Virus record (IMG/VR): IMGVR_UViG_3300043436_004687
Coordinates: 1-64,000 of that record
DNA length: 64,000 bases
Reading direction: 5' to 3' (one strand)
The notes under the pieces were generated by a model. The model saw nothing but the letters and a program-made list of their open reading frames with translations. It had not been told where the DNA came from and made no database searches. Within the stretch, counting starts at the first letter, position 1, and every line of letters begins with the position of its first letter. Shown in pieces: positions 35,036 to 46,646 of this stretch. The position numbers and the translations under genes were made by a program.

Positions 35036-36119
35036 TTTTATAGAAAAAGCTAAAATAATGCATAAAGATAAATATGATTATTCATTAGTTAAATATGTAA
35101 ACGCTAAAACAAAGATAAAAATAATTTGTCTTATACATGGTGAGTTTATGATATCACCAGAAAAACATTTATCTGGTGGTCAATGTCAAAAATGTTCTGG
35201 TAAATATAGACCAACCACTAATGAATTTATTGAAAGAGTGAAGTTAATACATAAAGATAAATACAATTATTCTACAGTAGACTATATTAACTCAAAGACA
35301 AAAATAAATATAATATGTCCATTACATGGTAATTTTAAACAAACACCTAGTACACATATATTAGGTAAAGGTTGTAATAAATGTGGTATAGAATCAACTA
35401 TAAATTTATTAAAAAAAGATAAAATTAATTTTATTAGTGAATCTAATATTATACATAATAACAAATATGATTATTCATCAATAGAATACGTTAATAGTAA
35501 AACTAATATAAAAATTGTGTGCCCAATACATGGAGAATTTAACCAAAGACCAAATAATCATTTAAAGGGTAAAGGGTGTAAACAATGTGCTAGTGATAAA
35601 CAAGCTAATAAATTAAATATAGGGTTAAAAGAGTTCATTAAAAGAGCTAAAGTTTTACATGGTAAAAAATATGGTTATGATTTAGTTCTATCATATAAAA
35701 ATAATAGAACTAAATTAGAAATTAAATGTGAAAAACATGGAGTTTTTAAACAAACACCGCAAAAACATTTAAAGAATCAAGGTTGCCCTAAATGTAAAGA
35801 GTCAAAAGGTGAAAAGGAGATAACTAATTATTTAAATGAGAATAAAATAAATTTTATCCCCCAATATAAATTTTTGGAATGTAAAAACTTATTGCCATTA
35901 CCTTTTGATTTTTACCTACCAAATTATAATATTTGTATCGAGTATGATGGAGAACAACATTTCAATAAATTTAGATTTGAAAAAAATGAAATGGGATTAT
36001 TACGAAGACAGAATAATGATAAGATAAAAACGAATTATTGTTTAAATAATAACATATATTTATTAAGAATAAAATATAATGAATGTATTATAAAAGCATT
36101 AAAAACATTTTTTAATTAA
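35025..36119 (+). CDS. Endonuclease: five DUF723-like CxxHG..CxxC repeats plus PD-(D/E)xK (Vsr/DUF559-like) domain
   Basis: YDYS.V.Y.N.KTKI.I.C..HG.F repeats; LPFDFYLPNYNICIEYDGEQHF. Confidence 0.85.
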   Translation: MGNNFIEKAKIMHKDKYDYSLVKYVNAKTKIKIICLIHGEFMISPEKHLSGGQCQKCSGKYRPTTNEFIERVKLIHKDKYNYSTVDYINSKTKINIICPLHGNFKQTPSTHILGKGCNKCGIESTINLLKKDKINFISESNIIHNNKYDYSSIEYVNSKTNIKIVCPIHGEFNQRPNNHLKGKGCKQCASDKQANKLNIGLKEFIKRAKVLHGKKYGYDLVLSYKNNRTKLEIKCEKHGVFKQTPQKHLKNQGCPKCKESKGEKEITNYLNENKINFIPQYKFLECKNLLPLPFDFYLPNYNICIEYDGEQHFNKFRFEKNEMGLLRRQNNDKIKTNYCLNNNIYLLRIKYNECIIKALKTFFN

Positions 36120-36723
36120 AAATGCAACTATTTTCATACTTTATAATTTTATAATGCAAATATAGAATAAAAAAAATAACTTAACAAATAAATGTTAAGT
36201 TATTTCATAAATTTCTTTCAATAAGCCTAAAGTTGGTTCCCAATCCTCCTCAGCATCAAAACCAGCTTTATCATCAAATAAAACTGAAATGTATGGTTTA
36301 TCATCATAACAACCATAACCATTTTTATCTGTTTGTACTTCTGGATTTTTATTTACATATTGAAAATAAATATCATTTTTCCTAAAAAAATTAAGATATA
36401 AATCTATTTCTTTTGGGTGAGAACAAGTATATAAAATAAGTTTAATTCTAGGATTTAACTTACTCATATATTGTAGAGTTTCTTTTGCAAATGGATAAAA
36501 CTCAGTTGGGATTGATTTTGAGTCGTAATTTGATTTTACTATTGTTGAATGGATATCAACAAAATAATAACTTCTATCAAAATTTCTTTCTAAACACTTT
36601 TTTTGATCTTCTTTAATCGCTTTTAATATTCCTACCATATTTTTTTATTTTGAAATTTCTATAATATGTGAAATTGCACATTGATTTTCATTGTAAATAA
36701 TGAATTCATTATTTTTCAAATCA

Positions 36724-38571
36724 TTAAAAAGTCATTATATCGACCAATTCCAAATCTTTATATTTAGCATAAGAGTGTAAAGTACTAGGAACGTTAAACG
36801 AATTAGCCGCTTCAAAATCTAAACTAACTATTGTGTATTCATTATCATCAAATATTTTACACTCTTTTGGTTTAAAAGTTAGTGGATGTGAACAAACTTT
36901 TTCTGATTCTGAACAAATTTTATTAATAATTAACTTAATCTCTATTTCTGTCAACCCATGTTTTGTGTTGTAAAATTTTACAGGATTACCACCATAATCA
37001 ACTACATCTTTTAAACAATCAAACTTTATTTTCGTATCTTTAATAAAAACACCACCCTTTAGTTCTTTATACTTCTTATATAATTTTATGGCATCAAATT
37101 TTAGCGAAATTAAATCTTCTTTTTTACCACCATATTCAACAAATATAGATTTAGCATTTCTTAATTTATCAACAAAAACTTCATCATTTGATAGATATGT
37201 GTTGAAATAGGTAACATAATTATATTCGACATGTTTCTCACCCTCAAATACATATTTAACATCATCTATAACTAAATTAAATGGTTTAGCGGTCTTCTCA
37301 TATTCTTTTGATACTAAACCAATTTGAAGACAACTCATTCTCCATCCTTGTGTTGGTATTTCCAACCTTGTGTATTCACCATTCTTTTCAAAAAGTCGGA
37401 CAAGAGTATCAGGTTTTACATCATAAAACAAATTCATACTAACCTTTTCTCTATTATCACTATTTAAACATAAGTTAACAGCAATAATTGTGTCAGTATT
37501 TTCCTTTAAGTCAACATACGTATAAAAATTTTTATCTTTATATAAATCACTTAAATTTGTTTTCTTAGTACATGATATAACCAACATCGACAACACTAAA
37601 ATTAATAATTTTTTCATTTTATTTAATTATTTAATTTATTAAAACTTTTATTTGAAACATCATAGTATAACCATAACACACCAACCCCAATAACTGTTGT
37701 ACCATCAACATTAGAGTATTGTCTTTTAGCTATTGAAAATAAATAATAATTATCAGTAGTAACTGCAATATCAATTATTCGGTCAACACTAGTTTCTAAA
37801 ATGTTTTGAAAATACGTTGGTAAGTCGACACCAGATGTTGCGTTAGCTGAATAAGATTTTGCGTGTTCTTTAGCAGTTTTTTCAAATTTTTCTTGATTAG
37901 GATTTCCAACCAAGAAAAGCACTATCAATACACCTAAAGAAGTTAATATTTTTTTGTGAATAGTTTTCATTTTATTTAATTTTATATTTATTTTTTTCTA
38001 ATTGAACCCAATCAACTTTTGTTGATATTGATTTATTATATGCTGACATAAACTCAGCAGCATCTTTTTGTATTTTTAACTCTTTTGGTTTTTCACCAAC
38101 TACTTGTAACGTTACTTTCTTAGCGTTTTTCATTTCATTAATTATATAGGCATCAAAACTACCACCTATATGTTTCATATAAGCTTTAGTATATTTTGGA
38201 AAAGAAGCAGATTTATTTCCAGTTATTGCATTTGAAGCATCTTTAAACCCAGAACCACTTCCATCATGATATTTTTCATAATATAGTTCTTTACCATCAA
38301 TGGTAAGTCTATAGTCTTTACCTAAAGGTACATTAAATTCCAACTTAGAAAACCAAGTATTATCAATCATTTTAGAAATATTGTATGAAAACACATAATC
38401 TTTTGTTACTAACTCATATTCGATTTCAGTAGAATATTCAAATAATGTATCATAAGTAATTTCTAAATATTCTTTTTCAACTATTTTTTCTTTTTTAGTA
38501 TTGACATCATTTTTACACGAGTTTAAGGTTAAGATAAAAATTAATGTTAACCCAATTAAATAATTTTTCAT
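36724..38571 (-). CDS. Three exported/lipoprotein genes (36724-37617, 37623-37970, 37972-38571)
   Basis: N-terminal signals MKKLLILVLSMLVISC and MKNYLIGLTLIFILTLNSC. Confidence 0.65.
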
Positions 38572-38681
38572 TTTTAATGTTTTTAAATTAGAGTACAAAG
38601 ATACGCATTTATTTCAGTTCTCACAAACTTTTTGATATTTATTTTCAAATTATTTTACATATATTTATAATAAAAGATATT

Positions 38682-38813
38682 ATGAGAAAAGAACAAAAAA
38701 TAATTAACGTTGTTATAACACCAGAAATGAAACAAAAATTAGAGGAAAGTGGATATAATAAATCAAAATTAGTTAACTCACTACTCGAAAAATATTTTAA
38801 AAAAAACTCTTAA
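38682..38813 (+). CDS. Small RHH-like protein (43 aa, not in ORF track)
   Basis: KIINVVITPEMKQKLEESGYNKSKLVNSLLEKYF; TATTTATA at 38662. Confidence 0.55.
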   Translation: MRKEQKIINVVITPEMKQKLEESGYNKSKLVNSLLEKYFKKNS

Positions 38814-38877
38814 ATTTAAGTCTTTTTTACTTTTTCTAGATATTTATAGATATAACAATTACTTAAATTCAAATATC

Positions 38878-39030
38878 ATGAGAAGAAAAACAAAAACAAT
38901 AGAAGAGAAAAAAAGTAAAATATCTTTTTCAATCACAAAAGACATGCACGATAAACTATCTGAGTCAAATATGAATAAATCACAATTAATCAATTGGTTA
39001 TTAGAACAGCATTTTAATTCTTTGAAATAA
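38878..39030 (+). CDS. Small RHH-like protein (50 aa), paralog of 38682 ORF; stop overlaps the GIY-YIG ATG
   Basis: KISFSITKDMHDKLSESNMNKSQLINWLLEQHF; TATTTATA at 38841. Confidence 0.6.
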   Translation: MRRKTKTIEEKKSKISFSITKDMHDKLSESNMNKSQLINWLLEQHFNSLK

Positions 39031-39932
39031 TGGATAATTTTACAATTTATAGTATTAGTAGTGAGGGTGAAATTTTTTATATTGGTAGGACTTGTGATTT
39101 AAAACGTAGAAAAAACGAACACATGTCTGAAAATAAAGGAAACACTTATAAGTCAAATAAAATAAAAAAGTTAAGAAGAGAAAATAAAGAAATTAATTTT
39201 AATATTTTACATGAAAATCTTACATATGAACAATCAATTGAATTAGAAATAAAGGAAATTAAAGAACATAAAGAAAAAGGTTATATACTAGCTAATTTAA
39301 CTGATGGTGGAGAAGGAACTTTTGGTCATAAACCTATATTTACTGATGAATGGAAAAATAATCTTAAAATGGCTAGAAAACTCTTATTTAATGATGGTTA
39401 TGAAGTTGCCAATAAAGGTAAAACATTAGAGGAATTAATTGGAAAAGAAAAAGCTAAAGAACAGAAAGAACGTATTGGTAAAAAGATTAGTGATGGAATA
39501 AAATCTGGATTAATAAAACATAATAAAGGAAAAAAGTTAGAAGAATTAGTAGGTATTGATAGAGCAACTGAACTAAAAGAAGAAATTAGGGTTAGAGCTA
39601 AAAATACCTTTACTGGGATAAAACAAAATAATAGCCACATTAATAAACGTATTAGTAAACAAATTGAAACTAAATCTAATTGGTCAATTGAAAAACGTGA
39701 AGAAATTAGACAGGCTAATAAATTAAATGGTGCTAAAGCACATAAAAATTATAACTTTATTGTTGATGGGTTTAATCATTATGGTACTTGGAAAAGTTTA
39801 TCTCCAGCACTAAGAGAAGAACAAGGAATAATAGTTAGTCCCGATTCATTAAGTCAATTTTATAGAGGAAAAATTAAAACCTTAAAATGTGGAATTAAAA
39901 CAATTAAAATTCAACCTCTATTAAATGACTAA
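39030..39932 (+). CDS. GIY-YIG endonuclease, antisense insertion overlapping the PARP 3' end
   Basis: IYSISSEGEIFYIGRT..RRKNEH; LANLTDGGEG; repeated NKGK.LEEL.G. Confidence 0.85.
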   Translation: MDNFTIYSISSEGEIFYIGRTCDLKRRKNEHMSENKGNTYKSNKIKKLRRENKEINFNILHENLTYEQSIELEIKEIKEHKEKGYILANLTDGGEGTFGHKPIFTDEWKNNLKMARKLLFNDGYEVANKGKTLEELIGKEKAKEQKERIGKKISDGIKSGLIKHNKGKKLEELVGIDRATELKEEIRVRAKNTFTGIKQNNSHINKRISKQIETKSNWSIEKREEIRQANKLNGAKAHKNYNFIVDGFNHYGTWKSLSPALREEQGIIVSPDSLSQFYRGKIKTLKCGIKTIKIQPLLND

Positions 39933-41175
39933 TAGTCGTTTGTTGTGATTTATATATAATATACTCATCTTTTCGTAAATCAATACCTTTATGAGCATGA
40001 ACACTATCATAACCACCAGCTTCAACTTCTTTACTAATTTTATAACATGACGAATCATGTTTATATTTATTTAATTGTTTACCAACATGAACATCAAATA
40101 ATCCCAAAAATACTTTATTATTTCTAGAACCACCTGCCCACCTACCACCATCAGTATAACCTAACGATTTATCTGAATCTGATGCAAAATAAATCCCATC
40201 ATCCCACATACTACCAGTATGAATTGCCCCAGAAGGTCTGATTAATAACCCAGTTTGTAAGATATTGAACCAATTTTGGTTTCTAGAACCATGCCAATAA
40301 AGTCTTCTTTTCTTAACTTTAGCTAATTCAAAATTATTATCAAATATTCTTTGTGTTTTCTTATTAATCACTTTGAATACTTTTCTAATTTGATGAGCAT
40401 TATGACCCATAAGTTTTTTAATTAAATCCAATTTTTCATTGTCAGTTTCAATCTCAACTTTTAAACCTAATTGATCTAATATGGTTAAATCTTGTTTTAT
40501 ATCTTCACTATTATTTGAATCTTCTTTTTGTTTTTTCAATAATTGAACTTGACCCGCCATTACATCTAGGGTTTCTTGCTCGCTATTAATAAATTCTTTA
40601 GCTTTTTCTAAATCTTGTTTATTATTAATAGGTTTTAATAAATAATCCTTTACATCTTTCATGTTTCTAGGGATTATTGTATATAATTTCAATAACAATT
40701 CATTTAAAACTTTAACATCTGATTTTAAATTTAAAGTACTAGAAATTTGATTTAATATTTCTTGAGCAGAATTAATTTGTAATTCAGTTACCGAACTTTG
40801 AGTTACCTTATAATTCTTTTGGATAGATTTATTAGCATAGGCCATTAAATCATCAATAAGTTGTTTAACTACTTTATCTTCAATTTCTTTTATGGTTGAA
40901 CTAGAAGCGTTGTCTATTTCAGTTTCAATGAACATTTCGGTAACATCGGTATAACCCTTAGTTTTAGAAATTTTTTGTTTATAAACAGAATTCCATTTTG
41001 AAATATCTTTATATTCTGTTGCTAAATTATTACCAACTCTACCATATTGACACTTAATTTTACCATCACTTTGTTCCTCCATAATGTAAACCTTATTGGA
41101 ATTTGACGTTAAACCATTGTCGATTGATACATGAATTAATTTAGCATAACGTAAACCATTCTCCTTTATAATCAT
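39904..41175 (-). CDS. PARP-like ADP-ribosyltransferase (WGR, regulatory, catalytic domains)
   Basis: WGR-like NKVYIM..QYGRVG; LYTIIP; WHGSR..ILQTGL; GIYFA; DEYIIY (H-Y-E triad). Confidence 0.88.
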   Translation of the reverse strand: MIIKENGLRYAKLIHVSIDNGLTSNSNKVYIMEEQSDGKIKCQYGRVGNNLATEYKDISKWNSVYKQKISKTKGYTDVTEMFIETEIDNASSSTIKEIEDKVVKQLIDDLMAYANKSIQKNYKVTQSSVTELQINSAQEILNQISSTLNLKSDVKVLNELLLKLYTIIPRNMKDVKDYLLKPINNKQDLEKAKEFINSEQETLDVMAGQVQLLKKQKEDSNNSEDIKQDLTILDQLGLKVEIETDNEKLDLIKKLMGHNAHQIRKVFKVINKKTQRIFDNNFELAKVKKRRLYWHGSRNQNWFNILQTGLLIRPSGAIHTGSMWDDGIYFASDSDKSLGYTDGGRWAGGSRNNKVFLGLFDVHVGKQLNKYKHDSSCYKISKEVEAGGYDSVHAHKGIDLRKDEYIIYKSQQTTISHLIEVEF

Positions 41176-41423
41176 TTTATTTTTTAATTAATTTATGGTG
41201 AACTCAGTTATTTTTGTTTTTATCTCTGGTGATACAAGTTCACCTTTAATTATCATTATATCCCCTCCCCAATAATTAGTATCACTATCTTTTGGCAATT
41301 CATTCATGTAATTAGGAAATGAACCATAATGCTCATCATTAATTCTCTCTAATAACACTTCTTTAGTAACACACTCAACATGAGTATCACCATCACTATT
41401 TGTAATTATGAAATATTTGTCCA

Positions 41424-42653
41424 TTATTTATTTGGGGCGTATTTATGTAACAATTCTAATTTAACTGACATTATCTCATCACTAGCTGGATAATTATTAT
41501 TAGTTGAAGTTTCTAATGATAATGGCATGTATTTCATTTGATTGGTTTTTAATGCTTTAATATCTAAAAAATTATCATCTTGTGCAGAACCAAATGGTTC
41601 CCATATATTAGTACCATCAAAATAGGTTTCTAACATATCCTCACCATCTTCATGAGCAAACAAAATTGTTTTTTTATTTGACAACGCTTCTGATGTGCGC
41701 ACAACTTTAAATGGACCAGGTAAAGTTCCTTTACCAAGAGTTTCACTAAATTTAACAACTGGAATATCTTCTTCACCAACACTTGCTAATGCATATTTAG
41801 CAGAAAGATTATCTCGTTTTAGATTGTTTCTAAGTCCTCCACCTTGACCAAATAATCCCCAAGTATAAAAAGCATAGCCCTTGTCTAAAAGAGCATCCAT
41901 TTCATCAAGAATATCTTCAAATGATTTACCATCACCATCTAAAAAATGAAATAAAGTACCACATTTCCAAACACCAGTTTTAGTTGTAATCTCAGTAAAC
42001 AATCCATTTTCAACACTTAAATCACAAATTTCAATAATTTGATCTTTAGTTGTATAACCATCTTTTGAAGAATCTGGTCTAGCAACAACTACTTTACCAT
42101 TATTTTCATTTTTACTTCTTAACGCTAATGGTAAAAGATAATTTCTCACAGCATTTTTAGCATCATAACAATCATCCACCATACTTGCTATCTCATCATT
42201 TCCACAACTATTATAAATTGCTTCATAACAATCTTTTTCATTTTCATATGATTGTACATTTCTATGTGCCAAAGCATTTACACTAGAGAAAATACCCACC
42301 GATTCATCTGAATTTTTCCAAGCTTGATAAGCACCTGAAAACGTATCAGTCCCACCAAATGTATATAAATGAACCATCCCTAATTCTTCAGATTCTTGAC
42401 TACATATACCAGCTCTATCTCCAAAATCAGTAATCATTATACTTGCCCAGAAACTTAACATTTCTTCTGACATATCAGGATCTACACGTAAAATTCTTTT
42501 TTTAATTTCTTGTAAAAAATGCTCATCTTGTGTAACTCTTTCTGTAGTGGACCAAACTTGAAGTAATTTTGATTCAAACCAAGCACCTAATACGCCAAAA
42601 CCTTTTACATCAGATGTAATTTCAATAACTGGCTCATTTGGATAACAAATTGA
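41424..42653 (-). CDS. nadV: Nicotinamide phosphoribosyltransferase-like protein, exon 2
   Basis: SICYPNEPVIEITS, TDFGDRAG, TDT, VARPDS, GGGL; in frame with exon 1 after splicing. Confidence 0.85.
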   Translation of the reverse strand, partial: SICYPNEPVIEITSDVKGFGVLGAWFESKLLQVWSTTERVTQDEHFLQEIKKRILRVDPDMSEEMLSFWASIMITDFGDRAGICSQESEELGMVHLYTFGGTDTFSGAYQAWKNSDESVGIFSSVNALAHRNVQSYENEKDCYEAIYNSCGNDEIASMVDDCYDAKNAVRNYLLPLALRSKNENNGKVVVARPDSSKDGYTTKDQIIEICDLSVENGLFTEITTKTGVWKCGTLFHFLDGDGKSFEDILDEMDALLDKGYAFYTWGLFGQGGGLRNNLKRDNLSAKYALASVGEEDIPVVKFSETLGKGTLPGPFKVVRTSEALSNKKTILFAHEDGEDMLETYFDGTNIWEPFGSAQDDNFLDIKALKTNQMKYMPLSLETSTNNNYPASDEIMSVKLELLHKYAPNK

Positions 42654-43621
42654 CGTTTATATTCCACTCAACTCGCAACTGTTGAATGCGTTCTCTAAGG
42701 AACTGCTTTATCTCTCAATAAAGACTAGACTATATCAAAACCCTATTTACTAGGGTCAAAACCATTTCCAGAACCATTAGCTTGTTCTGTACTCCCTTGC
42801 GGGATAGTCGTTGAACGTTTTTCTAAAATATTTTTATAAATATTATCAATTAAATTTAAAAAATCATCATGGTCTAGTGTCATTTTAGCGGTATTACATA
42901 GTCCACAACATGGGACAACATTTTCATTCGTATAACCAATAGAATTTATTAATCTATCAATACCGTTTCTTTTAAACTCTAAGCCACTTTTATTTACTAA
43001 TTCATCACTAGGATTATTTCTTGGTTCAGAACCACAATAATAACAATTAGAAAAAATTAATTCTCTGAATTTTTCTTCAGATATTAAAAATTCATATTTT
43101 CTGTTTTTTGCAGCTCTTTTATAATTTCTGAAAACTCTTTCAATAATAGTTGCGTTTTCTGGTCTTATTCTTTTTTCAGCATTTTTTTTTAAAACGCATT
43201 TTGGACACATAGTACGTTTACCGTTATTCAAATGATTAGTTCTGACAGTTGCGGTGTTTCCACAATCACAATCACAAATCCAACAATTTTCTTTATAGTT
43301 TTCATATTCCCTAGAAACAAATTCTTTAGCAACTAAGTTACCAAATCTTTTATTTTTTAAATCAATGAACAATGGTGATTCAACACCTTTTTTATAATTT
43401 CCCATATTAAAGCATTTATTAATAAATATCTAAAACTTTTAAAAAAGCTTTAATTAGGTAAAAATATTTTAGAAACTTCGCTGCTGATTTCCCAATCCTT
43501 TATCTTTTCAAACATTCACGCTTGATATTACTATCTACGTTGTAGTGTTAAAGGCTCTAAGGGGTTTCCAGCAATTAGATTTCTTTAGACATACTATTAC
43601 TAGTATGAATGGCTACTAATA
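42654..43621 (-). mobile_element. Group I self-splicing intron (968 nt) carrying an HNH ORF
   Basis: 5' splice site after U (GGT|) with P1 U-G pair; terminal G; core P AATTGCTGGAAA, Q AATCAGCAGC, R TCAACGACTA, S GATATAGTCT; splicing restores REG-SICYPNEP. Confidence 0.93.
42743..43405 (-). CDS. Intron-encoded HNH/His-Cys homing endonuclease
   Basis: WICDCDCG (AP2-like), CYYCG, NGIDR..GYTNENVVPCCGLCN. Confidence 0.88.
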   Translation of the reverse strand: MGNYKKGVESPLFIDLKNKRFGNLVAKEFVSREYENYKENCWICDCDCGNTATVRTNHLNNGKRTMCPKCVLKKNAEKRIRPENATIIERVFRNYKRAAKNRKYEFLISEEKFRELIFSNCYYCGSEPRNNPSDELVNKSGLEFKRNGIDRLINSIGYTNENVVPCCGLCNTAKMTLDHDDFLNLIDNIYKNILEKRSTTIPQGSTEQANGSGNGFDPSK

Positions 43622-44026
43622 ACCTTCTCTAAAACCCCTAACTTTAATTGGTGGTCTACCATTGAATTCATCCACAACTCGTCTCCAAATTTCTTCTGGG
43701 AATTCATATTCAGCAAAACCTTTAGTAGTAACTTTAGCATGAGCTAAAAAACGTTTAGTTTCATCAATTTCTTCATGTGTAATAGGTTCATAGAATAATC
43801 TTTCTAAAATTCTTTGTAACCCTATGAAAACTATTCTATTATCTTCTTTAGAATAAATAGAATTATTTATCTCATGTAATCTACGTCTAAATGTAATATA
43901 ATAAACTGATTTTTCTTTAGCTTTTAAACTTTCAAATTTATTAGACCCTATTGTATAAGCATCACCTAACAATAAACGAGGTGTTTTATATATTTTACGT
44001 TTTGGTAGTTTTACTATCTTTTCCAT
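43622..44026 (-). CDS. nadV: NAMPT-like protein, exon 1
   Basis: LLLGDAYTIGS, FIGLQRIL, PIKVRGFREG. Confidence 0.85.
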
Positions 44027-44028
44027 GA

Positions 44029-44670
44029 TTATTTATATTTTATGTTATTATTTTTAAAATCAAAATAAAAATCAAATTGATTTATATTAGCGTATTTATT
44101 TTTAATTAGGTTGATAGTCCTATTAGGTTTATTTAACCAAAAACAAAAAAAGTATTTTGCTTTTTCTAAAAATGTAAATTTATCTTTTATAGTTAAATCA
44201 ATAAAAATGTCAGCTTTTTGCATTTTATTTAACGAAGTACCCACTAATTTAGTACCATTTAAATCTTTAACATGTTGATTGCTAATTAAAACGATAAATT
44301 TTTGTTTTAATTTCTCAACAAATTGAAAACTTTCTTTTTTTATTACATGTGAATCATCAAAAATAATTACATCAAAACCACTTTTTATAATTTCATCATA
44401 TAATTTATTATCTAAATTGTCATATTTTGTAATAGTTAAATAAGGTAATTTACCATAAAACAAAGGATCTAACTTCACCCTAGTTTTATCTCTAATAGTA
44501 TTTACAGAACATTCATTTGTTAAAAATAAAACCCTTTTACCTTCATTATGAAATTCAGCAGAAATAAAGCATAATAAATTGGTCTTACCAACACCGCATT
44601 TAGAATTTAAAACTGCTAATAATTTTGAACTAAAAGTTAACCCTAATTTATCAATTAATTTTTGTTTCAT
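44029..44670 (-). CDS. P-loop ATPase, RecA/DnaB-like
   Basis: Walker A SKCGVGKTN, Walker B VIIFDD. Confidence 0.6.
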   Translation of the reverse strand: MKQKLIDKLGLTFSSKLLAVLNSKCGVGKTNLLCFISAEFHNEGKRVLFLTNECSVNTIRDKTRVKLDPLFYGKLPYLTITKYDNLDNKLYDEIIKSGFDVIIFDDSHVIKKESFQFVEKLKQKFIVLISNQHVKDLNGTKLVGTSLNKMQKADIFIDLTIKDKFTFLEKAKYFFCFWLNKPNRTINLIKNKYANINQFDFYFDFKNNNIKYK

Positions 44671-44671
44671 A

Positions 44672-45607
44672 TTAATTAGTTTTGGTGGTTAGAAATTTTA
44701 TCAATTTTTTCATCATATCTCTATGTTCTTCAACGATATTTAATACAATAAACCCATCATTAAATTTTTCAATATCAAAATACTTCAACTCTTCAATATC
44801 ATCACTTGCTATTGGTCTACCCATTTGATCCCAATCATAAGTTAAAAACAAGGTAGTTAAGATACCACTTTCTTGACCTCTATATCTCCAATCTTCAACT
44901 TTTTGACTCAACACATAGTGCATAGTTAAAGCACTCAATTTACTTTCCTCATATAATTCTCTACGAGCAGCCATTTCTAAGCTTTCATCACTTCTATCAA
45001 CAAACCCACCAATAAATCTAAATTGTTCTTCATTAGGTTTTCTAGCTAGTAATATTTTATTACCACTAACCACAACCACATCAACAGTTGGGTAAGTAAC
45101 TGCTCTATTTTTATATGTTTGAAAAATGACACCATTCCTAAAATCTTTAGAATTAATTTCATTCTTGGCAATTTCATTTCTTAAATCAGATGCGTTAAAA
45201 TATTCATTTTCACTTTCTAACTCAATGGTTTTAAAAATTCCATTATAACTAGGGATAAAAGAATCTCTACAACCATATAAAACAACACTTTTATTATCGC
45301 TAACACTTAATATTGATTTATCTAAATCATTAGACCAGATAGAATCAAATCTTTGATCTAAAAGTGGTAAAATAATGATATTAGGGTATAATTCTTGAAT
45401 CATATTCTTCCTCATTGAAAATGATAAAGGATTCTTTTTAGTGTTTTGTATTTTAGCAACGCCTATAAATAAAATTACTTTTTTATGCTTTGAGGAAACA
45501 TAATCTATTAACCCTAAATGACCTTCATGTAATTCATTTATTTGAAATCTTCCAATGATAACACCAGTTTCAAATAGATTAGAATCTAAATTAGTTTTAT
45601 TCTTCAT
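44672..45607 (-). CDS. Bifunctional NMN adenylyltransferase / Nudix hydrolase (NadM-Nudix)
   Basis: IIGRFQ..HEGH, NPLSF..R; Nudix GGFVDRSDESLEMAARRELYEE. Confidence 0.92.
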   Translation of the reverse strand: MKNKTNLDSNLFETGVIIGRFQINELHEGHLGLIDYVSSKHKKVILFIGVAKIQNTKKNPLSFSMRKNMIQELYPNIIILPLLDQRFDSIWSNDLDKSILSVSDNKSVVLYGCRDSFIPSYNGIFKTIELESENEYFNASDLRNEIAKNEINSKDFRNGVIFQTYKNRAVTYPTVDVVVVSGNKILLARKPNEEQFRFIGGFVDRSDESLEMAARRELYEESKLSALTMHYVLSQKVEDWRYRGQESGILTTLFLTYDWDQMGRPIASDDIEELKYFDIEKFNDGFIVLNIVEEHRDMMKKLIKFLTTKTN

Positions 45608-45612
45608 ATTTT

Positions 45613-46011
45613 TTAATTTAAAATTTCTTTTACAATATTACTCAATGATTTACCATCATACAAACCATCATAATTTGTTTTAAAATGGGCCATTATTTTA
45701 CCCATATCTTTTGGTGAATTCCAACCTTCAGTATCTTTAACTAAATTAATAGCTATCTTCATTTCATTATCTGACATTTGTTTTGGAATATACTTTTCTA
45801 AAACTTTAATTTCAAATTCATTATTGGTAGTTTCTACAACACCCTCAATTAATTTTTTAACTAATTTTACAATATCAGCATCAGTCAATTCCACCTTACC
45901 TTTATTTCTTTCGATTTCACCCTTTAACACTTTAAGAATATCTCTAGTAATATAATCTTTTGCAATAATTGCTTTTGTAATATCGTAATTTATTAATTCT
46001 GTTAAGTTCAT
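45613..46011 (-). CDS. GatB/YqeY-domain protein
   Basis: LEKYIPKQMS, PKDMGKIM, DGKSLSNIVKEIL. Confidence 0.85.
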   Translation of the reverse strand: MNLTELINYDITKAIIAKDYITRDILKVLKGEIERNKGKVELTDADIVKLVKKLIEGVVETTNNEFEIKVLEKYIPKQMSDNEMKIAINLVKDTEGWNSPKDMGKIMAHFKTNYDGLYDGKSLSNIVKEILN

Positions 46012-46646
46012 ATGTTTATTATTTTTAATTATTGAGCAAATTTATTAAAAATATTTCAAATATCCTAATTATAATTTAAAATAATAGTGAAAATTTTTAT
46101 TTTCTTCTGTATCAAAGGCTAAATAAGCCCATTGTATTTTCTTTTCTTGAATTAACTTAGAAAGTTTATTATATTCCTCAAGGGATTCATCTTCCGCAAT
46201 TCTAATATAAGTTTTATCTAATAAATTTTTTGTTTTTGCTGGTCCTATTCTAGATGAAACTGGTAATAATTTAACAGAAGATTTAATTCGTTTAATAACA
46301 TTCTTTTTAATTATCTTATTGCTAATTTTAGATGTGGTAACAGAAGCAGTTTTACTTGGAGCTTTATTTAAACCTATTTTCTTTTTCACTAATTTCCAAT
46401 TTAATTAAATCTTCTCTTAATCTATTTTTTAAACTTTCTTCCCCATCATCACCACCAAAAAATTTATATAATCTATTGGAATAAATTTCAGCTATTTTTA
46501 ATATTTTAGAAGCTTCGTTTAAAATTTCAATTGTTTCACTAGAATAAATTTCATTAAATTCTTTATTCTGAATACCCTCAATTTCTTTTCCTTGATTATC
46601 TATATTTTCTTGAATATTTTCATAAAGCTCTTTAATAATATAACTC

